Shown here: positions 49,616-64,000 of the stretch, piece by piece
How positions within the stretch are numbered: position 1 is the stretch's first letter
Layout of the letters: each line of letters begins with the position of its first letter
Assembly: GCA_964016885.1 (NCBI GenBank)
Contig: OZ024743.1
Location: 328,414,001-328,478,000, forward strand
Source of the DNA: Eledone cirrhosa
Lineage: Eukaryota
DNA length: 64,000 nt
Direction of reading: 5' to 3'
The notes under the pieces: generated by a model
The model's database searches: none
What the model was told of the DNA's origin: nothing
What the model saw: only the letters and a program-made list of their open reading frames with translations
Translations under genes and position numbers: made by a program

Positions 49616-49997
49616 GGAAATCAGTAAAATCGAATCTCTGGCGGTTTGTAAGTGAATTCGGCCTACTTATATGAAATGATGAGTTAGCAAAGCACTCGAT
49701 AAGATAGGTCCTTAGAGTAATAACATACGTTTAAAAAGCTTGACAAATCGAACATTGTGGTAGACTAAACTAACACACAATATGTATACCAGAGCAACGA
49801 TAGCACTAATCAGGTTGAGAAAAAGTACACCTGGACAAATTAGACGAATAGACGTTTAAGACAAATTAGACGAATAGACGTTTAAAGTGTTTCTCTGAAT
49901 CCAAAATCAAATATCCGACTTACTTGAAAGGCAAGCTCCTGGCAATTGATGACCGAACGTTGGATTCAATTTTTCAACAGGTTTATCGTTCTTCCTG

Positions 49998-50072
<75 letters not shown>

Positions 50073-51285
50073 CTGCTTCTATTGCTGATTATGCATGAAT
50101 AATAACTTTGCCAATTACTTTATAACAACTTTTATAACAACTAATATATCGTGACTGCTTAAATTCTATCGCACACTAACCTAAACCTGCTTATGCATGG
50201 CTTCTTTTTATGCCTTAAATGTATTTACTTGTTTCACCCAGCAATATCATATATTAACCACATGTTCTGGAGTGAGACCTATGCCTTTGTGATACCTTTC
50301 TATATACTTGTGAACACCAATTGGCTACCTAGTTCGGGTACCTACTGACATACCTTGTGTATGTATAGTATGATGGTCATTCGAATTACTGTGGTCCTTT
50401 GTGATGTACTAAAAAATCTCTTCACGCCTGTATATAAACTACTGACATCCTACTCGCTTGTGTTGCTAGGAACTGCGCTTGTAATAACTTGCTTCTCTAA
50501 GGACTCATAACATATGACTTTTTCTCAATTTATTAAATATTTTTAATCTTTTTTAATTTAATTTTATCTTATTATTATATTATTATTATTATTTTTTAAA
50601 AATGTTATTACCATTTATTAATATTTTATTATGTTTTTTTTAATATTAATTTATTGTATTTTAATTTATTTTTAGTATATATCTTTTATTTAATTGTTAT
50701 ACTTTATTTCATTTTATTTTTCTTCATTTCATTTTATTATATTATCTCTACTATTATTATTTTTTATCTTTATTTTTATATTTTTCATTATATATATCTT
50801 TTATTTAATTATTTTACTTTATTATATTTTATTTTTCTTCATTTCATTTTATTATATTATCTCTACTATTATTATTTTTTATCTTTATTTTTATATTTTT
50901 CATTATTTTTTATTACTTTAATATAATTTATATTATGTTTTAACATTTGCCTGTATTTCCTTATGTACTTTTTATATATTTTTATGTATTTTTTTATGTA
51001 TTTCGTATGTATTTTTATGCATTTATATATTTTTATGTATTTATTATGTACTTTTTAATGCTTTCACACTTTTTGATTTTAAATTCTACATTTTTGAGTG
51101 CCATCTACTGTGTCTTCATCTTATTGAATCCAATTGTACCTTGGTATTTTGCAGTGTTGCTTAGTAACCCCAGCATGAACCTATTTGTTAGCTATCTCCA
51201 ATCCCCCTATTATTTTTTATGTTTTTTTTTATTGTTCGTGTGACTAAGTTATTGTGGGGCTTATACTCAATACGGTATTTGTTGA

Positions 51286-51330
51286 GCTCTGATGATTCCT
51301 ACCTAAATGTGAGGATGAAACATTGTTAGT
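51286..51330 (+). ncRNA. Minimal type I hammerhead motif
   Basis: GCT-CTGATGA-TTCCT...AGGAT-GAAA-CATT-GTT-AGT within a (TA)n-flanked insert. Confidence 0.6.
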
Positions 51331-51536
51331 GAATAAAGACTGTTTGAGTATGTAAGCGTTCTTTGGTTTCTTTTGCATATAACGGCTCTGTCTATGTACA
51401 TTGAGCTAACACAATACTGCAATAATACAGTACGGTGAGTAAGTGTTTATGCACATATGCTCCGAACTTTACGTAAATAAATATATATATATGAAATTTT
51501 AAGCTTGTTGAATCCCAACAAAATAAATATAACCTC

Positions 51537-51610
<74 letters not shown>

Positions 51611-51717
51611 TATCGAGTTGCAGCCATCATGTATGTATGTATGTATGTATGTATGTATGTATGTATGTATGTATGTATGTATGTATGTATGTATGTATGT
51701 ATGTATGTATGTATGTA

Positions 51718-52327
51718 TGTCAGGTCACCAGTTGGTGCTACTGGTAACATGTATCCCAGTACAACCTGTCTCATGGTCGGGTCGTTGGCGACTAAACTGG
51801 CAACCCAACCAAGGTTTCTTGGTGAGGAGGGTGACTTTGGACATCCTGCAGGACTAAAAACAAAACCTGTCAAAGAGCAAAGGAGCTCTTAAAAGTCAAT
51901 GGCCATCCAAAATCACCGGGAGAGATGACTCCTTAGCCTATTTCAAGGCAGAATTCTAGGAGAAGGAAAACTCTGATATAACACCTGCAACCCTGATGGT
52001 ATCCAATGATGTTGACTTGTTCTTCTTTTTGGTAAATATCATCTTGGTTAAGAGAGTGGGACTGGCTTAGTGCAGTGCCTTTGATCACTATAAAAGCTTC
52101 ACGGCACAGGCATTGCTTTATATCTGGAGATCTCTCTGCACTTGTCGTCACATGGGACCATGGGCCCAGCACTATGTGTCAATAATTGTCACAAGTGTAG
52201 TGTTTGTACCAGAGTTTTCAAGTCGCTGGCTGGACTAAAAAGTCACACTCGTTCAGCGCATTGGTAGGGGTTCTCCTACATGGATATAAAGTAGTGGCCG
52301 TACTCGAAAACGAGTTGGCAGCCACCA
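51718..52327 (+). mobile_element. ~610-bp non-coding element flanked by (TATG)n
   Basis: Right ~285 bp recurs at 60696-60982; terminal GAGTTGGCAGCCACCAT has a near-match at 51614-51630. Orientation is inferred. Confidence 0.65.
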
Positions 52328-52404
52328 TGTATGTATGTATGTATGTATGTATGTATGTATGTATGTATGTATGTATGTATGTATGTATGTATGTATGTAT
52401 GTAT

Positions 52405-53020
52405 GTTCTTCTGGTTTTATAATTTCACACATTTTTGCCAATACAGAGAGAGTCGGTTTCTAACATAGACACAAGAATCTCTCATTGGAATTTTCACATC
52501 AACTAGAGATATGTATGCATGTATGTGTAGATATAGATGTTATTGTATGTGTGGATGTGTATGTTTTGAGTTGCATGTGTGCATGTGTATATGCTTAGTA
52601 TCTGTACATGTGTATATGCAGTTATTAGATGCAACATTTTTAGAATGTTTTACATATTTTTACTGTTCAATTAATGGATTGTACTTGTAATTTCCTAACT
52701 AGTTGTGTTCATTCTGTTCCTGTGAAGCCTAGCTTCTCAATATTTGTATTGAGGCAGTTACTAACATACCCCAGTGCCCCAATAATCACAGGCATAAATC
52801 TGAAGGTGTAATCAGGGTGGAATATCTGCAGATTTCTCATAATTTCTGCATAAATATTCTCCTTTTCGCTAATCTTTGATATTATATTGGCATCTGCTGG
52901 GCAGCTAACTTCCACTACTGTGCATGCCTTCTTTTCCCTGTCCCATATCATAATATCTGGTCTGTTATGCCTGCATCTTATTGGGGTTTTTACTGAAACA
53001 TTCCACCAGTACTCTTTCAT
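52405..53020 (-). mobile_element. R4/Dong-like LINE family B, 3' fragment (RLE domain + 3' UTR)
   Basis: EYWWN...HNRPDIMIWD...VVEVSCP...KENIY; (TATG)n on both sides. Confidence 0.88.
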
Positions 53021-53048
53021 ATGTATATGTATGTATGTATGTATGTAT

Positions 53049-54458
53049 GTTTTCTCTTTCTCTTAATTTCGAGTATATTTTTTTGACCGGCCACCTTCCT
53101 GGTGGCAAGGTTGTAAAAGAAAAGAAATTGTCATCCCTTGAATCGCAAGAATGTTTTGCAAATTTTGAAGGTGCCAGCTATCGCAGCCATTTGTAGACTA
53201 TGAATTAGGGAGCTGCGCTTTTTGTCCGCAAATCCAAGTTCGGTCATACTTTGGTCCAAGCGGGTTGGTATATAACCCGTAGCACCAATAATGATGGGTA
53301 TGAAGCTAAAGGTGTATCTTGGATACTGGATTTGTAAAATCCTCATCAATGGTCCGTAGATGTCCTCCTTCTCCTGTATTTTTCTGACAACGTTGACATC
53401 AAGTGGGCAGCTGATCTCCACAACAGAACACGTTTTCAATGTGTGGTCCCAAACTACAATATCAGGCCGGTTGTGCTTTAATTTGGTGGCAGTTTTTATT
53501 TTCAGGTTCCACCAGTATTCCTTAGTGCCATCTGTCTCAATATATTCTTCCTCGTTTGTTGTTAATTTTGTTTTCCGAAGTGCGTTCCAGATAGTTCTAG
53601 CTATCCCATCGTGTCTCATGAGGAGGTAGTAGCGAGATGACATTCTTTCGCAGCTGGCAACAATGTGGCTTACATCCTCGATCTTTGTTTTACATAGCCT
53701 ACATTTATTGTCAGCTGCTGGCCCTCCTCTTTTGTGCAGCAGATATTTGGTAGGGAGTTCTTGTTCCTGTATTGCATAGAGATATCCCTCAAGGTGTGAT
53801 GTCATAAAATTGTCGGAACTCCATGCCAGGCTTTTTGAGTGGTTTATCCCCTCTATGGTCTGTGTTTTACGCCTCAAGTATCCATGCACAACTTTCTCTG
53901 TAAATTGGTCAATTTTTTTTCCTTGTTTGAACATTGAATAGGATCTTCCGATTTCTCTGGGTGAGAGATTTATATCAGGCTTTATTCCATATCTCTCCTC
54001 CAGATCAGTCGCTATTCTAATGATATTTCTTTTTTCATGCTCATAAACCTGAGCAAGATGGTCGCCAACCTTTTTCCTCTGTTGAAGGTGTTGCTTCAGT
54101 GTTACTATCCGGGTCTCATATGTTGTTAATATTGATTTTAGACCCCGGCCACCTTCCTTGCGTGAGAAGTATAGCCTATCCACATCACCATTGATGTTAA
54201 AGTTCCCAGTAACACTGAGAAGTTTTCGAGTTCTAACATCCATCTCACTTAGTTCTTGCAATGACCAGTTCAGTAGGCCAAATGTTGGCGTTAGAATTGG
54301 CACAGCATAGGTATTGTGGGCAATGTATTTGTTGTATGCTGACAGTTCTGATGACCATATTTTTTTTACTCTTCTGAGGTATTCATTTCTGGTTCTCTCC
54401 TTATTTATGGGTCCATCATATCTGAGATTCTCATCCTGTCCAAGATATCTGTAGTTGT
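53049..54458 (-). mobile_element. R4/Dong-like LINE family A, 5'-truncated copy with open frame
   Basis: YRYLG, EGGRGL, CRLC...HIVASC, RHD, HNRPDIVVWD...VEISCP; (TATG)n on both sides. Confidence 0.93.
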
Positions 54459-54525
54459 ATGTATGTATGTATGTATGTATGTATGTATGTATGTATGTAT
54501 GTATGTATGTATGTATGTATGTATG

Positions 54526-57500
54526 TTTTCTCTTTCTCTTAATTTCGAGTATATTTTTTTGACCGGCCACCTTCCTGGTGGCAAAGTTGTAAAAGAAAAG
54601 AAATTGTCATCCCTTGAATCGCAAGAATGTTTTGCAAATTTTGAAGGTGCCAGCTATCGCAGCCATTTGTAGACTATGAATTAGGGAGCTGCGCTTTTTG
54701 TCCGCAAATCCAAGTTCAGTCATACTTTGGTCCAAGCGGGTTGGTATATAACCCGTAGCACCAATAATGATGGGTATGAAGCTAAAGGTGTATCTTGGAT
54801 ACTGGATTTGTAAACTCCTCATCAATGGTCCGTAGATGTCCTCCTTCTCCTGTATTTTTCTGACAACGTTGACATCAAGTGGGCAGCTGATCTCCACAAC
54901 AGAACACGTTTTCAATGTGTGGTCCCAAACTACAATATCAGGCCGGTTGTGCTTTAATTTGGTGGCAGTTTTTATTTTCAGGTTCCACCAGTATTCCTTA
55001 GTGCCATCTGTCTCAATATATTCTTCCTCGTTTGTTGTTAATTTTGTTTTCCGAAGTGCGTTCCAGATGGTTCTAGCTATCCCATCGTGTCTCATGGGGA
55101 GGTAGTAGCGAGATGACATTCTTTCGCAGCTGGCAACAATGTGGCTTACATCCTCGATCTTTGTTTTACATAGCCTACATTTATTATCAGCTGCTGGCCC
55201 TCCTCTTTTGTGCAGCAGATATTTGGTAGGGAGTTCTTGTTCCTATATTGCATAGAGATATCCCTCAAGGTGTGATGTCATAAACTTGTCGGAACTCCAT
55301 ACCAGGCTTTTTGAGTGGTTTATCCATATATGGTCTGTGTTTTACGCCTCAAGTATCCATGCACAACTTTTTCTGTAAATTGGTCAAATTTTTTATCTTG
55401 TTTGAACATTGAATAGGATCTTCCGATTTCTCTGGGTGAGAGATTTATATCAGGCTTTATTCCATATCTCTCCTCGAGATAAGTCGCTATTCTAATGATA
55501 TTTTTTTTTCATGCTCATAAACCTGGGCAAAATGGTTGCCAACCTTTTTCCTCTGTTGAAGGTGTTGCTTCAGTGTTACTATCCGGGTCTCATATGTTGT
55601 TAATATTGATTTTAGACCCCGGCCACCTTCCTTGCGTGAGAAGTATAGCCTATCCACATCACAATTGAAGTTAAAGTTCCCAGTAACACTGAGAAGTTTT
55701 CGAGTTCTAACATCCATCTCACTTAATTCTTGCAATGACCAGTTCAGCAGGCCAAATGTTGGCGTTAGAATTGGCACAGCATAAGTATTGTGGGCAATGT
55801 ATTTGTTGTACGCTGACAGTTTTGATGACTATATTTTCTTTACTCTTCTGAGGTATTCAGTTCTGGTTCTCTCCTTATTTATGGGTCCATCATATCTGAC
55901 ATTCTCATCCTGTCCAAGATATCTGTAGTTGTCACCTGACTGCAGAGGTTGTATTGTCAGGCCGTTCATCTCTAGATTTCTAGAGGAGGGCACAGCTCTT
56001 CCACGTTTTACTGCCAAATATGCACACTTGGACTCACCAAATTTCATTTTGATGTCGGTTGAAAATTGTGTAATGAGGTCCAATTGTTTCTTGATGTCAT
56101 TGATATTTGGCCCATACAACTTCAGGTCATCAACAAAGAAAAGATGGGAGATACTTCTGGGCCCACTTCTTTGTCCACCTTGTTTCCTGAGTAGGTAAGA
56201 TAGTGGATTCAGTGAGAGAACGAAGAGTAGCACTGACAAGCTATCACCCTGAAAGATGCCCTTCTGGTAATGTATCTTATCAGTCTTAACCTGCTCCTTC
56301 TCACCTCTAATGATCAAATTGGTGTACCAGTTCTTGGTCAGGCGTTCAACAGCAGCTACAAATGCTTGTGGGACTTTAGCTAACTGTAAAGCCTTAATAA
56401 TCCACCCATGAGGTACACTATCAAATGCTTTTTGATAGTCCAGCCACACCACAGTCATGTTTCTGCGATTCTTTGTTGTTTTTTCCTGAATCATTTTGTT
56501 AGTAGGTGATCTATGCAACCCCACACCTCCCTCTTTCCACCAGCTTGCTCAGGTGTTATGATGTTGTTGGTAGCACAGTGATCCTGTAAGAACAGGTTAA
56601 GGCATCCAGTATATAATTTATACATGATGTTTTGGCAGGCAATTGGGCGGTAATTTTTAGCAAGGGTGGTTTGGCTATTTTTGGGAATGAGGAGAGTAGT
56701 GGCAGTTGATAACCATCTGGGAAGTTCTTGTGTGCCCTTAATGGTTTCTGTAAACAGCCGTATGAGATCTTGCCGATAGAAAGTGAAATTCTTCAACCAG
56801 TATCCTGTAATGAGGTCTGGGCCTGGCGATTTCCTATTCGACATTTTCTGTAGAGCTGTTTCCAGTATTGACCCATTGTCTGGACATGTTGGCAGTAGTC
56901 CTGTTCCAGTTCTTTTAGCCAATTAGTTTGTCTGTTGAATCCGTCATTCGTTTCCCATACAGATCTCCAGTAGCTCTCAACCTGTTCTTTTGAAGGGGTG
57001 TCGTTTACAGGGATTGAGCTTTTGCCACCGAAGCTGCGATAAACTGATTTAGGATCTCTGGCAAACAATCTATTTAGCACTTGTCGTTTATGTGCTGTTG
57101 ACTTATATTTTAGTCTTTCTGTTGTAGCTGTGAGTTGTTGTTTCAACTGGTGTAATTTGGAGTTCAAAGTTTTAAATTTTGTATCTCCAAATCGTCTCTC
57201 TAACTTTTTCTTTAGGTCTTCCTGGTGTCGTGTGAAGTTGCTCTCTATGTTGCATTTCATAACGACTGCGATGTGTGAGATACTTCGTCTCAGGGACAAA
57301 ATTTTGGTTTTTAAATTTCGCATCCACGCTGGTTCAGGCTTTCTGTTTGTATCTTGATTGCGTGGTTTTAGATGTGTGTTATATGATAGCAATGTGACAG
57401 CTGAAACATATAACAAAACATTAAGCGTTTCAAATGTCGTTTCTACACCTTTAGATCGTATAGCCTTCAGATAATTGCCAGCTATTTCGTTCACCGCTTC

Positions 57501-58578
57501 CAATTCCAATTTAGTGGGTTCTTTACTGACTCTAGTGTTGTATGGTCTATCACTCACATTAAGTCTGTGTATCTCTTGAAACATATCTTTCCATATCACT
57601 TGTAGGGTGTCCACAAGTTTTTGGTGCTCTGTTTGTTCAGTAGAGTCATGAATCTCAGCCTCGTTGTTGATGTGGTGACAATTACTACTAGAGTTAGCTG
57701 ACCTTTCTCGCTGTTCTTCAGTGGAAGTGGGATGGATTTCAGCAAAATTGTTGGTGAGCTGTTCACTGTTAGATTTAGCTGGCCATTCTCTTTGTCTGTC
57801 AGTGGAGGTGGGGTGGTTGTCTACAAGGGCTGTATTTGTAGTATCACTCAATTCCGTTAGATGTACCAATTTACATCTAATGATACGTTTTGCCTGTTCA
57901 TTTAAATGCTTTGGAGAAAAGTCTAATTCTGGGTGTTTGGAGTTCCATAAAGTTTTTAGCCTTTGCATAAAACCGAACTTTTGGGGTTCAGATGTTTGTA
58001 TGCTTCATATAATACTTTGTTAAGCTCGTAGCTCCACTGTACACAACGGTTGTTTGCGATTTGGTCGAAGGAGACTTGTACGTTTTGCCATGATGAGTTC
58101 GTCTATTCACTAATATTTCGTATTTATTTTTCATAATAGTCGATGATCTTCTTTAAAAGTTTCGACAAAGTTCTGTCAGAATCAAATTTAAAGTTATTCA
58201 CAGCTTGGGTAATATTTCTTTTCAGTTAGTTTTTAATTCTACAACTGTGTTTTAACGTTGTTCTTGAATCGTTTGAATCGAGAACAAAAAGAACCGTTAC
58301 TTAGTATATTCCTTTATGAATGTAATATAATATAACAACGCTGTATTTATATGTTAAAGTTTATGTATCATTCATATAAATAGGTGTTCTACAACTTATT
58401 CACAACATATTCACAGTTCAAACACTTATGTTTTTGTTTCTGAATCGAAAACGTTACTTGTATATTTCTTTATAAATGTAATATAACAACGTTGCATTTA
58501 TATGTTAAAGTGTATGTATCGTTCATATATCATAAGTGTATGTATCGTTCATATAAATAGGTGTTTTACAACACACTC
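54526..58578 (-). mobile_element. R4/Dong-like LINE family A, near full length
   Basis: Single-ORF RT + CCHC + restriction-like endonuclease; 3' end as in the 53049 copy; (TATG)n on both sides. Confidence 0.93.
54607..58093 (-). pseudogene. RT + zinc knuckle + PD-(D/E)xK restriction-like endonuclease, multiple frameshifts
   Basis: KSPGPD, NYRPIAC, WLDYQKAFDSVPH, GIFQGDSLS, HLFFVDDLKLY, RHD, RPDIV split over five ORFs. Confidence 0.92.
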
Positions 58579-58677
58579 ATGTATGTATGTATGTATGTAT
58601 GTATGTATGTATGTATGTATGTATGTATGTATGTATGTATGTATGTATGTATGTATGTATGTATGTATGTATGTATG

Positions 58678-60648
58678 TTTTTCTGGTTTTATGATTTCAC
58701 AAATTTTTTCCAATAGAGAGAGAGAGTCAGTTTCTAACATAGACACAAGATTCTCTCATTGGAATTTTCACATCAACTAGGTAGATATGTATCCATGTCT
58801 GCATACATGCATGTGTATATATGGATGTTATTGTATGTGTAGATGTGTATGTTTTGAGTTGTATGTGTGCATGTGTATATGCTTAGTATCTGTACATGTG
58901 TATATGCAGTTATTAGATGCAACATTTTTATAATGTTTTACATACTTTTACTGTTAGTTCTGCAGATGTTAGTTCTGCAGAGTCTGCACCTGTTATCACA
59001 TCTAGGTGTTTTGCCTGCATCCCTATCTCTTTTGTGAATCAGGTATTTCGTCTTAATTTCCTGTTCTTGGATTGCAAAAGCGTATACTTCAAAGTGGGAG
59101 CCAATATAGCGGTTGTTGGTCCAAGATAGACTACTTTCCTTATCTATATTACTCTCACTCTGGAGCTTCCTGGCAACATATCCATGCATGGTTTTTTGCT
59201 GATAAGCATGTAGTTTTTCATCCACTGATTCACTGCGATACTGCTGAGCGACTTCCCTGGGTGTGAGTTTTTGACTGTCACACAGGGAATATCTCTCGAG
59301 GAGTTCCTTCCCAACTCTCATGATCTTATCTGTTTCATGCAGATAGACTTGCTCGAGATACGGGCTCTACGCTTCGAGGTTCGTAGATGTTATCGGAGGG
59401 ATATGATGCGACATTCAAATGTTGTCTGGACTGATGTTAGGCCTCTGCCTCCCTGCTTACGTTTCAAGTAAAGGTGGTCTATGTCACTGTTGATGTGGAA
59501 GTTTCCGGTGTTGTTTAGTATTTTTCGAGTTCCAATATCAACTGCTCAGATTTTGTCTATCGTCCATTTGAGTATTCCAAACGTTGGTGTTAGGACAGGC
59601 ACAGCAAACACATTGTGAGCCACTGTTTTGTTTTGCGCAGAGAGTTCCGATGACGAGATCTTTCTTAATCGGGTGTAGTATTCCCTGGTTACGCGTTCTT
59701 TATTACAGATACCATTATAGGATATGTTCTCATCTATCCCCAGGTATCTGTAGCAGTCCTCATCAGATATCAATGAAACAGTTAGGCCATTGTTGACAAT
59801 GTTGCTAGATTGGGTTGTTGTTTTTCCCCGCTTTACAGTCATATATGAGTATTTATCTTGGCCAAACTCCATTCCTATATCCTTTGAGAACGTTGTAACC
59901 AGGTCAAGATTTTTCTTCATCTCATCCATGTTCTTGGCATAGAGTTTCAGATCATCCACAAAGAAAGTATGGGTTAGGTTCGTATTTCTATCCTCCTGTG
60001 AGCCAATGATGTATCCTTCACATTTCTTGAGCAGAAAGGACAAGGGGTTTAATGACAGGATGAATAATATCACAGAGAGACTGTCTCCCTGAAATATACC
60101 CCTGCAATATTTTATTTTATCAGTGAAAATAGAGTGCCCTCTCTCTGTCTTTAACCTTAGGATAGTAGCCCAAGAAGAGGACAGCCTCTCTATGGCTCTG
60201 ATAATAATGTCTGTCTCCTTTAAGAACTTGTTAGTAGAGGTCAGTAAGATACCTCCGATAGAATACCAGTTTTTTGTACCAGTAGTCGACAATCATGTCT
60301 CTTCCTGGTGTTTTCTTATCTTGGAGTTTTCCTATCACAGTCTCAAGGGTACCCTCACTTATTTCGTATTTTTTTGTTGTAGTGTAGGAGCAAGCAATAG
60401 TTCTTTCGGATTTCTTTTAGCCACACTGCATCTTGGTTGAAATTCTTCTTTCTACCCCATATTTTGCTCCCAAAGGAATCTGTCTTTCTGGGATGGGGCC
60501 TTAGTGACACTTATTATTTTGTTCTTCAGATCTCTATAGACTGATGTTTGGTTTCGTCTGAATCTTTTATTAAGCACTTTTCTCTCATCTACCTTCTTCA
60601 AGTATCGGCGTTTTTCGCTAACAGCTCTCAATTCTTGTTTGAGGGTTA
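58678..60648 (-). mobile_element. R4/Dong-like LINE family B, 5'-truncated with internal deletions
   Basis: GIFQGDSLS, HTFFVDDLKLY, CRLC; 3' UTR matches 52405-52665; RLE domain missing at ~58955. Confidence 0.88.
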
Positions 60649-60695
60649 TGTATGTATGTATGTATGTATGTATGTATGTATGTATGTATGTATGT

Positions 60696-60982
60696 ATCTT
60701 GGTTAAGAGAGTGGGACTGGCTTTGTGCAGTGCCTTTGCTCACTATAAAAGCTTCACGGCACAGGCATTGCTTTATATCTGGAGATCTCTCTGCACTTGT
60801 CGACACATGGTACCATGGGCCCAGCATTATGTGTCAATAATTGTCACAAGTGTAGTGTTTGTACCAGAGTTTTCAAGTCGCTGGCTTGACTAAAAAGTCA
60901 CACTCGTTCAGCGCATCGGTAGGGGTTCTCCTACATGGATATAAAGTAGTGGCCGTACTCGAAAACGAGTTGGCAGCCACCA
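60696..60982 (+). mobile_element. Truncated copy of the (TATG)n-associated non-coding element
   Basis: Highly similar to 52041-52327. Confidence 0.75.
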
Positions 60983-61289
60983 TATATGTTTGTATGTATG
61001 TATGTATGTATGTATGTATGTATGTATGTATGTATGTATGTATGAATGTATGTATGTATGTATGTATGTAAGTATGTATGTATGTATGTACGACTGATTA
61101 GCAGATCGATATTGAAGCGAGGTCTATAAAATCGATAAATAACTCGAGTCGATCATCTGTGAAACATACGTCACGTTCGGTTATGTGGATGTGTGTGTAG
61201 GGTGTCGGGGAAGGGAGACATGGGGTTTACTTAAAGAATATAAACGTACCGTCACTATATAGGAGAGATTGCCACACGCTTTTAGCCTC

Positions 61290-61640
61290 ACCCCGCCACT
61301 ACCGCCATATCACCGACACCCCCTACACCACCACGACACCGACACCCCCTACACCACCATATCACCGACACCCCCTACACCACCACATCACCGACACTAC
61401 CGACACCCCCTACACCACCACGACACCGACACCCCCTACACCACCATATCACCGACACCCCTACACCACCATGTGTCCGACACCACCGACACCCCCTACA
61501 CCACCACGTGTCCGACACCCCCTACACCACCACATCACCGACACCCCTACACCACCACATCCCCGACACCACCTACACCACCACGTGTCTGATAGCCCCT
61601 ACCCCACCACGTCACCGACACCCCCTTCACTACCACCTCC
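61290..61640. repeat. C-rich degenerate minisatellite (CACCGACACCCCCTACACCAC)
   Basis: Direct reading. Confidence 0.85.
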
Positions 61641-61699
61641 TGTACTGAGTCTTTTGAGAGGAAGTCCCGCAGAGAAATGTTTCTTGAAGATGAGAAAGA

Positions 61700-63500
<1,801 letters not shown>

Positions 63501-64000
63501 CGAGAGAGTGAGCAAGAGAGTAATAGACAATAGCAAAAGAGAAAGAGAAAAAAAAGTGTGAGCGACACATTTTCTCTGACAAGGAAATTCTTGCTCGAAA
63601 TCATGATTTTTATTTTATCAATGACACAGACAATATTTTCTAAGGATTCTTTAGTGAAAGAAACATTTTTTACCTCCTCCATCCAACACCCAGAAACCCC
63701 TCACACATTCACATTTACCTGATATCACATGACTTTTAAAAGATGATTATCAAAATAGGTGGGAGTGGTGGGAGTAAGATGGTAGTAAGGTGGGAGTAAG
63801 GTGGGAGTGGGATGAGAGTTGGGAGTGTCATTCTTTCTTCACTTCTGTTTCGTTTTAATTATGTACACACACACACACATATATATATGCACACATATAT
63901 ATACACATACCCACACGCATATATATGTGTATATATGTGTATATAAATATATATATGTATATATAGAATATATATATATTTCTTTATATATATAAAGGAA

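Noticed and set aside
61200-61270. Possible Helitron terminus (minus strand ATCTCTCCTATATA)
   Set aside because: No matching 3' hairpin/CTRR end could be identified.

Overview
Repeat-saturated eukaryotic DNA with no recognisable host gene. The microsatellite density and SINE types suggest an octopus/cephalopod genome (inference). Almost all complex sequence is retroelement-derived, and each group sits in its own microsatellite. (1) Three head-to-tail Tx1/L1-type LINEs lie in (TATC)n; two are full length with intact ORF2, and one has a visible target-site duplication. (2) A cluster of R4/Dong-like restriction-endonuclease LINEs lies in (CATA)n. (3) Two Penelope-like elements and many non-coding pLTR/retrozyme-like elements lie in (TA)n. 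These carry more than a dozen type I hammerhead ribozyme folds, and four families have a U3-A8 compensatory core (UUGANAA) in place of CUGANGA. Also present: a 47-bp minisatellite (~68 copies), an 81-bp Pol III A-box tandem array, tRNA-derived SINEs and RTE 3' ends. All alignments, identities and folds were read by eye; boundaries are approximate.
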